Shown: positions 11,951-24,154 of the stretch, one piece after another
How positions within the stretch are numbered: position 1 is the stretch's first letter
Layout: every line of letters starts with the position of its first letter
NCBI RefSeq assembly: GCF_964204645.1
Contig: NC_134031.1
Location: forward strand, 11,720,088-11,784,087
Direction: 5' to 3'
DNA from: Tubulanus polymorphus
Taxonomy: Eukaryota > Animalia > Nemertea
DNA: 64,000 nucleotides
Translations under genes and position numbers: made by a program
The notes under the pieces: model-generated
The model's database searches: none
Told to the model about the DNA's origin: nothing
Seen by the model: only the letters and a program-made list of their open reading frames with translations

Positions 11951-13073
11951 TAAATAACATAGTTACAGCTGTTAGAATTGAAAGAATTGTTATTCCTTCA
12001 AACTTAAATAATAACTTTATTCTATCTTTTAATGATATTTCAGAATTTGGTTTAATCAACAAATCTTTAAAAATAACTTTTAATCTATTAATATTATAAT
12101 CATATGATTTTAATAATAATTTAATTTCTTCTTTCCGTACTTCTAAATTATCTTTTAAATTATTAATTTCTTTTTCTAATCGTAATTCTTTTTGCCTATA
12201 TTCTATTTCATCAATTACTTGATGATCTAAATCAGACTTTAATTGTTCTATTTCTTTATTTTTATCAGTTAATTCTTTTTCTAAAAATCTGATTCTAAAA
12301 TCTCTTATACTTTTATTATGTGCAATTTTATCAGCTTCATTTCTTATACTAATAATTTCTCTAATTGCTTCATCAGAAAATATATTTAAATCTTCTAATT
12401 GTTGATCTGTTGCATCAATTAATCCATTCGGTAAAAGTTTTTCAATTGGAACTTTATTTGATTTAAGTTTACTAGTTTTGGAAGTTATATTCTGTTCAGA
12501 AGTTGTTTTTGTTTCTGATTTCTTTTTGATTATTTCAAATAATTCATTAATTCTTTATTTAAATACGTCTATATCATTACCAGTTAATTCTTGTTTTATA
12601 ACATCAGTTATTACATTACTATTACTAATTCTTTTAATTCTATCTGGATCTAAATCACTCAAAGTTGATTTTGTTAATATCTTATTTTTATTATTTTTAT
12701 AAGTGATATCAATATAATAATCACCTTTCAAATGATAATAACATTTACCATTATCAAAAAATTTTAATTGATCTGCTAAAAGTCCAACGTCTTCATCATT
12801 TATGTTAAGTTTAGAATTTTCAATTATACGTTCTAATTTAGGTATTTTGTTTAAATTATCTAAATCTTGTTTTACTAAATCTGGGTCTAAATTTTCAGGA
12901 TTTAATTGTGATTCTGCATTTTTAATATAATCAGGCATATTTAAATTATTATTATATTCTGGCTCATTACCGTCATTAAAACTTGTTTCACTAAAATCAG
13001 GTTGTTGTTCATCAGTTATGCCAGGTTCATCAAAATTATCCATTCCAATATCTTCTCCACCTTCTACATCCAT
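11951..13073 (-). pseudogene. Acidic N-terminal/coiled-coil protein (copy B), C-terminus deleted
   Basis: ORF 12555-13073 (..FSETSFNDG..) continues past a stop into sequence matching 1-405. Confidence 0.65.
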
Positions 13074-13089
13074 TTATATAATAAAAAAA

Positions 13090-14376
13090 TTAAAATTTAA
13101 AATATGATATTCCTCCTATTACAATTCCTATACAAGTTAAAGCTAATTTAGTATTTTCATGGGATTTATTATCATTATCAGTTTTGATTATATCATGTTG
13201 AATATTATCAGTTTTAATATTTTCTGATGTATTGTAATCTTTTATTTTAGAATCATACTTTATTTAATATTATTAGTTTTAGTTTCTGTTGATTGAATAT
13301 GTTTTTTATTTTTTTCGCCTTCCATTAATTTTGGAGCAGTCATAATCTTTTTATTTATATCATTTAATCCAAATGAATTATTTATTGTTGCAGTTTTAAT
13401 TAGATTATTATAACCAATTATGTTTCCCATCTTTAATACTAAATCATTAGAAATAATTAATATAATAATTTAATCTAATATGTGATTTATCTAAATAATT
13501 TTGATATCTTACAATGTTTTCTGGAATCGATCTATTTTTATCATTATGAATAGAATCTTCAAATAACACTTTGAATTGTTTCTGCGCATCAAATGAAGTA
13601 CTATCATTTCCAACTATTGGTGATCTTGTTTCAACTTGTGCACCTAAAATACAAATTAAATAAGTTCTAATTGATTGATTTATTCTTTGTATACCAGGTT
13701 TTGTAAAACCTTCACCATTATCTATAATCAAATTATTCCAACCATCATCAATATCGATTTTATAATTATGATAAGCTCCAATTCTATGCATATAATCAAT
13801 TCTTTTTATTTCATACTCTTCACCAATACCTTGCAATTTACCATGCGCTCTAAAATCGGAATTAATATTTATATTAAATTCATTACATATTTTATAAAAC
13901 TTAGATAGATTAATATAATTATCCAATTCTTTAAAATATTTCGATCCAGGTAAAGGACATTCAAATTCATTTAATATAATTCTAATTTGAAAGTATGCAT
14001 GAAATCTAAATATTGTATGAATGAATTTTAAATCTGAATAAGACAAATTGTTATATAAATTATTCAAGTGATCATTCCAACTTATACCACACCCTGTTGT
14101 TGCACAATAAACAGCAAAATTTAATTGATTCTGCCAATATTTCATATTAGATTTTATTTTATATATATTATATTCATCTCGAGTAAAAGTAACTTCATAT
14201 GTATTAAATATATTTTCCATTCTAGAAATGAAAAACTTTGTTTCAGTAACATAAATTTCTAAATTAATTAATGAAGGTAAAACTACATTTTTATATGTTA
14301 TAATACTATTAAAATCTATAGGTGGAATTAAATATCTATATGATTTATTATATTGGAAAGCTTTTGGAAACCCCAT
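13090..14376 (-). pseudogene. Conserved Maverick protein (WQNQLNFAVYCATTGCGIS family) with C-terminal TM segment
   Basis: 309-aa ORF 13447-14376 then frameshifted tail (GNIIGYNNLI...KLALTCIGIVIGGISYF); paralogue at 23136-24138. Confidence 0.7.
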
Positions 14377-14392
14377 TTATATAATTAAAAAA

Positions 14393-14842
14393 TTAATAAT
14401 TTATTAATTCTTTTAATAATTTATCTTGTTCTTCAACTGTTATATGGCCATTTAAACTTATTATATAATCTAGTGTATTCTTTAATTTATTAATTTCTTT
14501 TGTATTAGTTTTAATTTTTTCTTTATTACTTTTTATATTTAATTTTGAACTTATACCAGTTAAAACACTTGAACTTAATCCTAATGCATCATCAACTGAT
14601 TGAAAATCTCTATGTGAAATCTTCTGATCATATAATTCCTTGTTAATATAATCCATATAGTTTTGCCTCTTTTCTCTATATTCTTCTGCTGCTTTATTAT
14701 ATTTCTCTAATGCTAAGTTATGTCTTTTTTGTTCTTCTAATGAACTATTTTTATCTATATGTCTAAATAAATAACTACCACCAGTAAATGCTAAAGCGTT
14801 AACAATTGCAGATCCTATAATAGTTATAATTGCAGAAGCCAT
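14393..14842 (-). pseudogene. Deletion-fused pair of small Maverick genes
   Basis: MASAIITIIGSAIVNALAF...KRHNLALEK...SVDDA fused to LGLSSSVLTGISSK; the two halves are separate genes in copy C (24608-25141 and 24155-24589). Confidence 0.7.
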
Positions 14843-14857
14843 TTATTTAGTAAAATA

Positions 14858-15087
14858 ATTACGTATTTATATGGGAGCAATATATTTTTGTTTTTCTAAA
14901 TAATCAATTGTTAAATTAGATAAAGTTTCTGCTAATGTTAATTTTAAAATATCATTTATATCAAATCTATCAACATTAACACTTCCCATTTTGAATACTT
15001 TTTTAATACCATTGAATAGCCAACAGTTCCAACTGATAGTAATGCGCCATTATATAATCCAGTTATTATCCACTTATTATCACTCAT
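14858..15087 (-). pseudogene. Small hydrophobic Maverick protein (copy B)
   Basis: MSDNKWIITGLYNGALLSVGTVG...DYLEKQKYI; paralogue at 25157-25385. Confidence 0.55.
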
Positions 15088-15125
15088 TTATTAATCAAAA
15101 AATTACTATCTTCAAAATATTTAGT

Positions 15126-15443
15126 TTACTTATTTATGATTAATTCAACATTTATTTCATTACTAGTTTCATTTGTATATATTTCAATTATTATTTTTTT
15201 TATATCATCGATGATAAAATCTTCATCTAATTCATAAAATCTTAAAGATTCTCTAATTAAATTAGTAATCTTTTCTACATTTAAAGTTTCTTTATCTATT
15301 GTTGTTTCATACTCAAATGTTGTTTCATTAAAAAATGTAATATTTTTGATATGAGTTATTACATCATTAATGTTAAATTTCATTTCTTTCTCACGTTTAA
15401 AATCAAATCCAAAACATATACTCGGTCCAACAGTTATATTCAT
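15126..15443 (-). CDS. Hypothetical Maverick protein
   Basis: 105-aa ORF MNITVGPSICFGFDFK; paralogue at 25389-25727. Confidence 0.6.
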   Translation of the reverse strand: MNITVGPSICFGFDFKREKEMKFNINDVITHIKNITFFNETTFEYETTIDKETLNVEKITNLIRESLRFYELDEDFIIDDIKKIIIEIYTNETSNEINVELIINK

Positions 15444-15459
15444 TTATATAATGAAGAAA

Positions 15460-16165
15460 TTACTCTTTACATCTTATAACTAATTCATAAATTACAGGAA
15501 AGTTATTCAAATCAATTAAGTATCCATTGTGATTTCTTACTTCTAATTTGAAATTATTGAAATGTGGTATACAAGGTTTAAAATTATATTCTGTTAAATT
15601 ATAATTTATTTGAGTTCCAAATTGATTAACATTATTTAATGGTAAAATATTTAGTATACTAGAATTACATGTTGTATCTTTAGTTGCTTCAAATGTTTTT
15701 GTAGGATCAATTAAATTACAATAAATATAGAAATGTGTGTAAGGTATTAAGTTTGATCTACCTGCTGCGTTTACTGTAACAATATTTTTGTTCATGAGCT
15801 AACCTAATCTTTATTTTATTAGAACTATCACTTTTTGAAAATCTAATACTAAATCCGGAATCACTTCCTAATTTAGCTCGAGCTTTTCTATTAATTTCTT
15901 GTGCTAATGTATCTAAATTATATAATCCTGGTTTTAAATATATAAAAAACCATTTATTCCTTTTTTTGTAAAAGATTGAAAAAATTAAATGTTCTAGACT
16001 TTTATCCGATATATTGTAAAATGAGTTACATAAACTTATATTTACTAATTTTAAATCAACACAATGCATAAATTCTCTATCTAATTGTATTAGTAAATTA
16101 TGTGATTTATAATTTGTTAGTTTTCTAGAATCAACAAATATTCTGTATTCTTTTAATTCTACCAT
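15460..16165 (-). pseudogene. Minor capsid protein (penton, single jelly-roll), frameshifted (copy B)
   Basis: IFVDSR, ISLCNSFYNIS, LKPGLYN, THFYIYCNLID, ILNILP..FG, NGYLIDLNNFPV.YEL recognised as Polinton mCP motifs. Confidence 0.75.
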
Positions 16166-16232
16166 TATTTATAACATAAAAAATTACCGCTCATCACTAA
16201 AAATTAATTTTGATAAAATTTTTCCTAAATAA

Positions 16233-17303
16233 ATGGATGAGAAGATAGGATGTGAAATTTGTGGTGAACTTTTAAGAAAAAGTAATATGGCTCGACATAT
16301 GAAAAAACATGATGAAAATTATAAACCCCCTAAAATAAACTGCCCAAAATGTAATAAATTATTCTCAAGAAATTATGTTAAAAAACATTCAGAGAAGTGT
16401 AAAATTAATGGCGCAACGGCTAATGTTGATAGTAACGAAAGTAATAGTAATTCTGTTGAAGTTGAACCTGAAATTATTTGGAAAAGACCTTTCTTATTCT
16501 ATGACAAGGATAATATAAAAGATCATATCTGTGAGCCTTGTCGAATGAAATTTAGTCCTGAAAATATAGAAGATTGGGAGAATCATCAATTTCGTAAAAT
16601 ACATATAGATAAAATTTCTAATAAATTTGAAGCAGAATTCAATGAAAGAAAAAATAGTTTATTAGAAAAAATAAAATATGAGAAAACGTTACCAGATAAT
16701 AAAGAAACAGTTGAAAAGTTAGAAAAACAATATAATGAATTAACAAGAAAAACATATTATTGTAAATATTGTAAATTGATTATTACAACAAGTAATTCAA
16801 ATCTACATAATAGAACAATAAAACATAAAGAAAACGTAAGAAAATACCAGGAGCTTAATGAAGATCTATTACCAATAAATTATAAACAAAAATGCCCACA
16901 ATGTAATTATGCGACCTTAAGACAAGAAGGCACTGTGTTATTTTGTAATGAATGTGGATGGCAAAAGAATTTATGGGGTGAAGAAAAAACTAGAGATTTT
17001 CTCATAGAACCAAAATTAAATTATCTAGATGAAATTTTTAAAATATTTTCTATAGAAGATCATACACCAGAATATATGCAATGGCTTGAAAAAATGAAAA
17101 TAATAGAAAATAAAAATGGTGAAATAACTAAAAAAGGTATTATAAAAACAATTATTCCATCAACATTTAACACAAAACAAAAGAAAATGTATTTATATTT
17201 ATTATTTAACGATTATTATGAAAAACCTAAATTAACAGAAGAAGATATGGAAAATATTAAAAAAAACATTCAAACAAATATTAATGTATCATTTGGAAAA
17301 TAG
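16233..17303 (+). CDS. Multi-zinc-finger protein (C2H2/U1-like plus C4 ribbon)
   Basis: Intact 356-aa ORF: CEIC..RHMKKH, CPKC..KH..KC, CEPC..H...H, CKYC..HNRTIKH, CPQC..CNEC. Confidence 0.7.
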   Translation: MDEKIGCEICGELLRKSNMARHMKKHDENYKPPKINCPKCNKLFSRNYVKKHSEKCKINGATANVDSNESNSNSVEVEPEIIWKRPFLFYDKDNIKDHICEPCRMKFSPENIEDWENHQFRKIHIDKISNKFEAEFNERKNSLLEKIKYEKTLPDNKETVEKLEKQYNELTRKTYYCKYCKLIITTSNSNLHNRTIKHKENVRKYQELNEDLLPINYKQKCPQCNYATLRQEGTVLFCNECGWQKNLWGEEKTRDFLIEPKLNYLDEIFKIFSIEDHTPEYMQWLEKMKIIENKNGEITKKGIIKTIIPSTFNTKQKKMYLYLLFNDYYEKPKLTEEDMENIKKNIQTNINVSFGK

Positions 17304-17562
17304 AATAACAGATTCAATTAATTATGATTTCTTTTTAAATAAGATTGTAAATTATTTAAACATCGATATTATAATTCCATTTGACGAATTAACAAACAAA
17401 AAGAAACAAAGAGAGCGATATGAAATGTGGTACAAGATAGAACTTTATTTAAATGAGAAAAATGAAATGGAAGAACCTAAACAAATTATACAAGAACAAT
17501 TAAATGAAAATGAAGAAGCCAATAGTGATTTCGAGTATGATGATATTGATTTTCTGTTTTAA
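17284..17562 (+). CDS. Hypothetical protein with acidic C-terminus
   Basis: 92-aa ORF overlapping the end of the zinc-finger gene, convergent with pPolB. Confidence 0.4.
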   Translation: MYHLENRITDSINYDFFLNKIVNYLNIDIIIPFDELTNKKKQRERYEMWYKIELYLNEKNEMEEPKQIIQEQLNENEEANSDFEYDDIDFLF

Positions 17563-18013
17563 TGGCCATAAGGTAATGTTTTTATACCATCATCTAAAAT
17601 ATGCCTTTTATCATCAAATGGATTCAAACTAGTTTTTTCAACTTCATTAATGTACATCTCGTGATTTTCTGATCTTAAACAATTCATTTTATGTTTCATT
17701 ACAATTGAGTTATATAAACACTTTATATAATCTTGAAATTCTATATGTTTATCAACCACATGTTTTGTTATTCCTTTTAACTTTTTATTTCATGATCTTT
17801 TATTCTGTACCTATACATTTTACTTCTTATCCCAACAAATTCAATCATTTCATCACCCCCTAATTCATCTTTAAATTTACCAGAAATCTTTTTATTATCA
17901 TTGTTAAATAGTTCATGATCTTTGGGATAATTGCTAAAATCAAAATGATGTTTTAATGTTTTTAAGTCTTTTGTTATGTCATTTGTCTTGATTTTTAGTA
18001 TGTACGCATCCGT

Positions 18014-19510
18014 ATTGAAGCAAATTAATGGAAATCCACAGTTGAATGTGCCATCTTCAGTTGATAAATCATAAACATTATCTGTTGGGTTATATATTTC
18101 AAATAAATCTTTAACTTCTTCAGTTAAATCTTTTTCTGTGTGGCTTAAATTAAAGCAATTTGGTTTAGATTTAATCAATCCAATATTCATATTGAAGCCT
18201 AATGAATTACATAATATATTTAACCCTGTGTTGTCTACTGTTATGTACTAACTCATACTATGGTCAAGTTTCAGGTTCGCGCTTCATGCACAACGTATTC
18301 CTGGCTTCTTTTATTCCAGATTTCCGGTTTGTAACTGTTTCTGTGTATGGGTATTGTCCCTATTGTAGTTACCTCTCTATATAATCGCATAACATTTAGT
18401 TTTCTGGGCATTTGCCATTTGAGTTTAGACCATGTGAATTTAGCCGGATAAAGAGCTGTAAGTTGTATGCAATGTATTACTTCAAATTTTGCCTGAAATT
18501 CTGAAATTCTTATTTATTGAATATGTATTTAGCTGTTATTCTATTTTTTGTAGTTAACTCGTTATCGTTTTTCGCTACCGCTCTGCCGGTCATTAAACCG
18601 TTTGACGTTAAAGCGTTGTCCGTTGTTAGTCCTTTTGTCGCTCAGTCTCCGACACCCTGATATAGCAACTTTTCCTTTCTGTGCAAAGGTTATCTTTTTA
18701 TCTTTTGTAAATTTTTTAGCACCATCTGCTGCGTAGAATCCAATGAAGAACCATTTTCTTAAATTATTTTTTGCATTTAATACATAATCTGGAACTATCT
18801 TTTCTTTAGTTGAAGTATTACTTTTCACTATTGCATGAATATAGAATTCATCATTATATTTTATAGCAAAATCTTTAGGATTATTTACAAGTATTCTATA
18901 AACTGCTGATGATTTCATTACATCCATGATTCTAAATGTTGTATGTGAATAAACTTCTTCACAGAATTTCTTAATTCTTTCTAATAATTTCAAGTCTTGA
19001 TTGCATAAATACTAACAATATTTATTACCCCAAACATAATTATACACACCTGCTGAACCATCACCCATGAAAAATCCTTTGATAAAATATTCTTTTTCTT
19101 CTAATGTTTCGGGTTCTATATTATAAATATTATCAATAATTTCATCGAATGACATATGATTCATTCTTTGGAAAAATCTTTTATGTAATAATTCATCTCC
19201 AATTTTTATATCAGTTGGTTTTATTTCATCGCCATTTCGTTTAATTAAACTATGGTCTTCTGTAACATCTACAAACCCTAATTTAGTTCTAAACTCTATA
19301 GATTTTCTTATTTGTTTTATGTCTAATAATATTCTTTAATTTTTTCCATCCATTTCTTGTCCAAACATCTATTAATTCATTTATTTGTATTAATTCTTTT
19401 TCACCATATGAAATATAACATTCATTTTGTTTTGGAATTATTTCTGAAATTCTTCTTATCAATATTTTATCATTACATTTTAATAATATTGGGGTGTCAG
19501 CTGTTACAGA
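18014..19510 (-). mobile_element. Intein with LAGLIDADG homing endonuclease in pPolB motif C (decayed)
   Basis: After YFD: block A SVTADTPILL, block B VDVTEDHSL, LAGLIDADG helices IKGFFMGDGS and FIGFYAADGA, blocks F/G VYDLSTEDGTFNCGFPLICFN|T; one +1 frameshift (~19290), one stop (~19013), one LTR insertion. Confidence 0.93.
18229..18654 (-). mobile_element. Solo LTR (426 bp) inside the intein endonuclease
   Basis: TG...CA ends; 5-bp TSD CCCTG at 18224-18228 and 18655-18659; removal restores KVAISG|LNILCNSLG; TATA-like then AATAAA on the minus strand. Confidence 0.9.
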
Positions 19511-22500
19511 ATCAAAATATAATATTTCAATATGCTTTTCCCCAAAAAGTGGTCGTAAAACATTATAATAAAAATCATACATTAATAATTTTGATACTTC
19601 TAAAACAGTTGAACCAATGAATATAGGTTTATTAAATTTCATTGACGTTCTTTTTAATTTAACTGCTTTTAAATAATCTTCAAATCTTTTATTTCCTAAA
19701 TGTCTAGGACTTGATTGTGAATGTCTTAATCTTTCAGAATTATTTACTAATTCAATATCATTTCTATTTCTAATATTTTCGCATGTTTTACCATAAAAAC
19801 TATTATTCATTAATTTGAAGAAATCTTTTTCAAAATCTGTTTTTGATATGGTTCTCTGTTGAGTATTGAAATCTATATATTTTTCTAACCACTTCGATTG
19901 ATTAAATTCAATATATCTATGTACTTTCTTTAATTTCATTCCTTGTTTTAGATAAAATGTTAACATTCTATAATGAACAATATAATTGTATTTATTATTT
20001 TGAGTAAGTATTAACTTCTCTGTAAAAACATGATCTTTCGGTTTTATTTTCTTTTGGTATTCACTTAAATAACTATCATCTACAGTTAAATGTTCTGGGC
20101 AATAAGCTAAGTTTCTTGTTTTAAACTTTATATTTTCAGGATATTCTAAATCAACTACAAAGAAATAACCAATTGGTGCTTCATCTTTTAAACTCGCAAT
20201 TGCGCTTTCCCAATCAGTTTTATCATCATTTTCAACTTCTGTTAATATAAAATCTTTATATGGTTGAGGTTGCATCATTGCCCAACCATATACATTATTG
20301 GCGTCAATATATAATAATTTATATTCATCATTTGCTTTAAAATATCTATCTCCCATAACACCACTAATTCCACCTCTAATTGATTTTTCAAATAATAAAA
20401 CCATGTCTGGTTCTTTTAATAAATCTAATTCTACATTTGTATATTTTAAACCACATTGCCAGGTTAAACCAGGACTAGAGTAGCAATAACAAGGATCAAC
20501 ATTAAAATGATTCAAATTAACTTCTCTAAATTTTTCAAATATGTCAGCCAATATCATAACATCTGATTTTAAATATAAATCAACTAATTCACCATGATTT
20601 TTCATCTTAAAATGGTTCCAAATATTTAATGTTCTATTAAACACTTCGTCTTTCACATACTCCTCTTTTAATTGATCATAAAATTGATCTTTTAATAATT
20701 CTGTTACATTAAAATCATTGTGTGTTTTATAAAATGAATAAGGAATTGCGCCTTTATATCTCAATAATTTAAAATCTTGTTCATTTGGATAATAATATCG
20801 AGTCATAACAAAATCATTATCAACTAAACTTTTTGATAAATTATCTAATGAACTTGCTAGAAATCTATAAGAATCTAAAAATCTAATGCAACCAAATTGA
20901 AATGAAATATAATTTTCAGATGTTTTAGCTAATAGTTTAAAATCATATTTTCTTACATTTACACCATTCATAGCATTATATTCTTCTATTTCTTGATTAA
21001 TTGCGCCCAATTTTCCCGATAATTGTTTTATTAATAGATGGGTATCATAGCCTGATAAATTATGAAATAATATTGGTACGAAATTAACTTTCTTAGCTTG
21101 TAAATTGCAATCTTCATGAGCAGCTCCACGATATTTTGAATTTAAATGATCATGATCTCTAACTTTTTTATCAAATGAATAAAAACGTTTTTCACAATAA
21201 CAACAATGAGTTGCATAATTAAAATCAATTTCATCTTCTTTTGTCATAACTATTCTTTTATTTTTGTTTAATAATTTTGCAAAATCACTTTCTAATTCAA
21301 TCATTTTGTCACAAAAATCATTAACTACATTTTCACCTCTAAAAGAAATATATCGACTTTCATATAATTCAGGATAATTTGATTTTATATAAATTCCATA
21401 AGCAGCAGCTCTTTGATGAACTTTTTTAATTGTATTTATAATTGGCGGGTCTTGTATTGTGTCTTCATTTAATTCATTTCCTTTATCCATTGATTTTAAT
21501 AATTGCTTTTTGTTATATATTTCTTTTCTATCTTGATCAGTTAATTCTTTATTCAACGATTCAAAATCCCCATACAAATGGAACAATATTCTTAAATTTA
21601 TGATTAGTAAATTTCAATTCATAATCTTTTTCTGTTGGCATTATTAATTTACAAAAATCTTTATTATCACATAATTCTTTATGTTTTAATAATGTTTTCT
21701 TAGTCATAAATTTAGATAAACATTTTCTACATAGATAAATTTTATGATGATGATCACTTTCTGTTCTAAAGAATAAATCAATTTGTTTTAACCACATATA
21801 ATGTTCATTTTCATCTTTTTTGTAATATAACAAATCTATAGCATTTTCATCATCGTAATATTCTGTTAAATATAAAGTTTCCAATGTATAATCTTTAATA
21901 TTTTCACCTTTTGTCTTTGGTAATTGCATTAATTCAAATACATTTATTTTTAAATTATTAACTTTTTCTATTTTAGAAATCATTTTTATAGTTACTGGAT
22001 ATTGATCAATTTTATATAATGTTTCATATTTCCGATAATCTGTTATTCTACAAACATTTTCCTGTGTTGGATGTAAGCAACTAATAATTGACCCTAGAAA
22101 ACATTTATTATCTTCATTTTGAATACTTATTACTGCTTTTGTTGTAAATGGTAATTTAATATAAGATGATGCTTTAATATCCTTTTCTGTTGTAAAGTTT
22201 GAATCATTTTTAAACATTTTATTACTTTTTGATGTTTTATTTCTTTTTGTATTATAAACATTTAAATCTAAATATATCATTTCATTCAATGTTAAGCCAG
22301 AACCCTCAAAATATCTTTCTTCAATATGACGTTTAAATTCATTAAATATTTTTTCTAACTTCTCTTTTATTTGTGTTTTTGAAATTATTTCTTCAGAGTG
22401 TGTTTGAATATTATAATCCATTTTTTTTCTTCTGACTTTATAAAACTTACTTTCCCAGAGATACTAATTTTTGGATATTCAACATCTGTTATCAAATCTA

Positions 22501-23135
22501 GTATTTTTTCTATTATTTCATTAAATGTACTATAATCTTCTATTGTTGTACCTTTAAAAAATCTAAATATAATAGCTGCAGGACCAATTTTACTATGTAA
22601 TGTTTCTAAAATTTCAATTGTATCTTTTATTTCTAGTGAATCAATATAATTTCTAACATTTTCCATGTAAGGTTTATTTGAAATGGATTTAGTTTTTGAA
22701 GTTGGTTTTTTTACTTTTTGAGGTTTATCATCAAAATAATCTTTTCCTAAAACATTATTACTCAAATTTTGATGGTGTTTTTGTGATTCGAGATGTCTAT
22801 TATAATTCCTTTTTACTATAAATTCATTACAAACTTCACATTTTATTTCATCCACATTCATATTTTCTAATCTTCCTTTTCTTTCATTGGAATTTTCTGG
22901 AGTTTCAAAATCTATTACATTTTTTATATGATTTGTAGTTTTTTCATGTCGTGTTTTATTAGATGTATCGACGTATTTTTTACAATATGTGCAATAATAT
23001 TGATTTTTATTAACATTATTGTTTTCTGGCTGGTGTTCATTCTTCCCCATTTATTAGGAAAAAAAATTACTTGTGGTGATGAGTGGTGTCTCGTCCTCGG
23101 GTCCTCTGATCTGAAGGCCCACTTTTCCAATTACT

Positions 23136-24138
23136 GATATAACTAATAAATTAGGACCTATACAATAATTTAATCTTACATGAGATTTATCTAAATAATT
23201 TTGGTACCTAACTATATATTCTCGATCTATTTTTATCATTGTGAATTGAATCTTCAAATAAAACTTTAAATTGTTTCTGTGTATCAAATGATGTATTTAA
23301 ATTTCCAATTATTGGGGATCTTGTTCCAACTTGCAATCCTAGAATACAAATCAAATAAGTTCTAATTGATTGATTTATTCTTTGTATACCTGATTTAGTA
23401 AAACCTTCACTATTATCTAAAATAAAATAAACCAAACCATTATTGTTTTCTTGTTTTAAATGATCATAACATTTCGGTAATTTATTGAAATCTAATGTTT
23501 CTAAATCCTTAGTTTCTATTTTACCATAACCTAATTTATTATTATAGATATTATAAAAACTATTAGATGGTATGGGAAGCAATCTTTTTAGGGCAAGGAA
23601 GTGATCTTATTGTTCCAAGTTTTGTTCTAAAATCAGAATTATTTATATCTATATTAAATTCATTACAAATCTTATAAAACTTTGATAAATTAATATTATT
23701 ATCTAATTCTTTGAAATATCTAGATCCTGGTAAAGGACACTCTAATTCATTTGATTCATCACTCTAATTATTATGGAATCTAAAAAAACTTTGAATTAAT
23801 TGATATTTAGAATTATTCAAATAATCATTCCAACTTATTCCACAACCTGTTGTTGCACAATAAACTGCAAAATTTAATTGGTTCTGCCAATACTTCATAT
23901 CGGATTTTAATGACTATTGTTTTTCATCTTTCAATTTTTTACAATTAATTAAATATACATGAAATATATTTTCCATCTTTGCATAAAAATCATTAGTTTC
24001 AGTAACATAAATATCTAAATTAATTGATGAATCTAAAACTTCATTTCTATATGAAATATCTTTATTAAAATCTATTGCAGGAATATTATATTTAATTGAT
24101 TTATTATATTGGAAAGCTTTTGGAAAACTATCTGTCAT
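23136..24138 (-). pseudogene. Paralogue of 13090-14376, cut at 23135/23136 by the copy B terminus
   Basis: FPKAFQYNKS, GIQRINQSIRTYLICILG, YLDKSHVRLNYCIGPNLLVIS then an abrupt switch to AGTAATT. Confidence 0.8.
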
Positions 24139-24154
24139 TTTTATAATAAAAAAA

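Larger units (their letters stand above)
17559..23050 (-). pseudogene. polB: Protein-primed family B DNA polymerase (copy B) with N-terminal zinc fingers, OTU-like region, endonuclease-VII-like insert and an intein
   Basis: Fragments 22385-23050, 21561-22421, 19289-21586, 17777-18013 and 17559-17759; Exo motifs YGDFES, FHNLSGYD, YLKSDV; RDHDH..GAAH..CNL; Pol motifs YIDANNVYG, KLMNNSFYGK, YFD|TD; KFKDE; LNPFDDKR; NEDNKCF...HY in the N-terminal region. Confidence 0.95.
7120..23135. mobile_element. Maverick/Polinton copy B, ~16 kb, bounded by related inward-facing AGTAAT termini
   Basis: Both ends begin AGTAATT and match at 47/60 ungapped positions (counted by hand); contains ATPase, integrase, MCP, penton and pPolB; right end interrupts a copy C gene; no matching TSD (AATTCT vs GATATA). 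Confidence 0.8.

Noticed and set aside
18562-18993. Stand-alone homing endonuclease gene
   Set aside because: It is the intein's internal domain reading into the solo LTR
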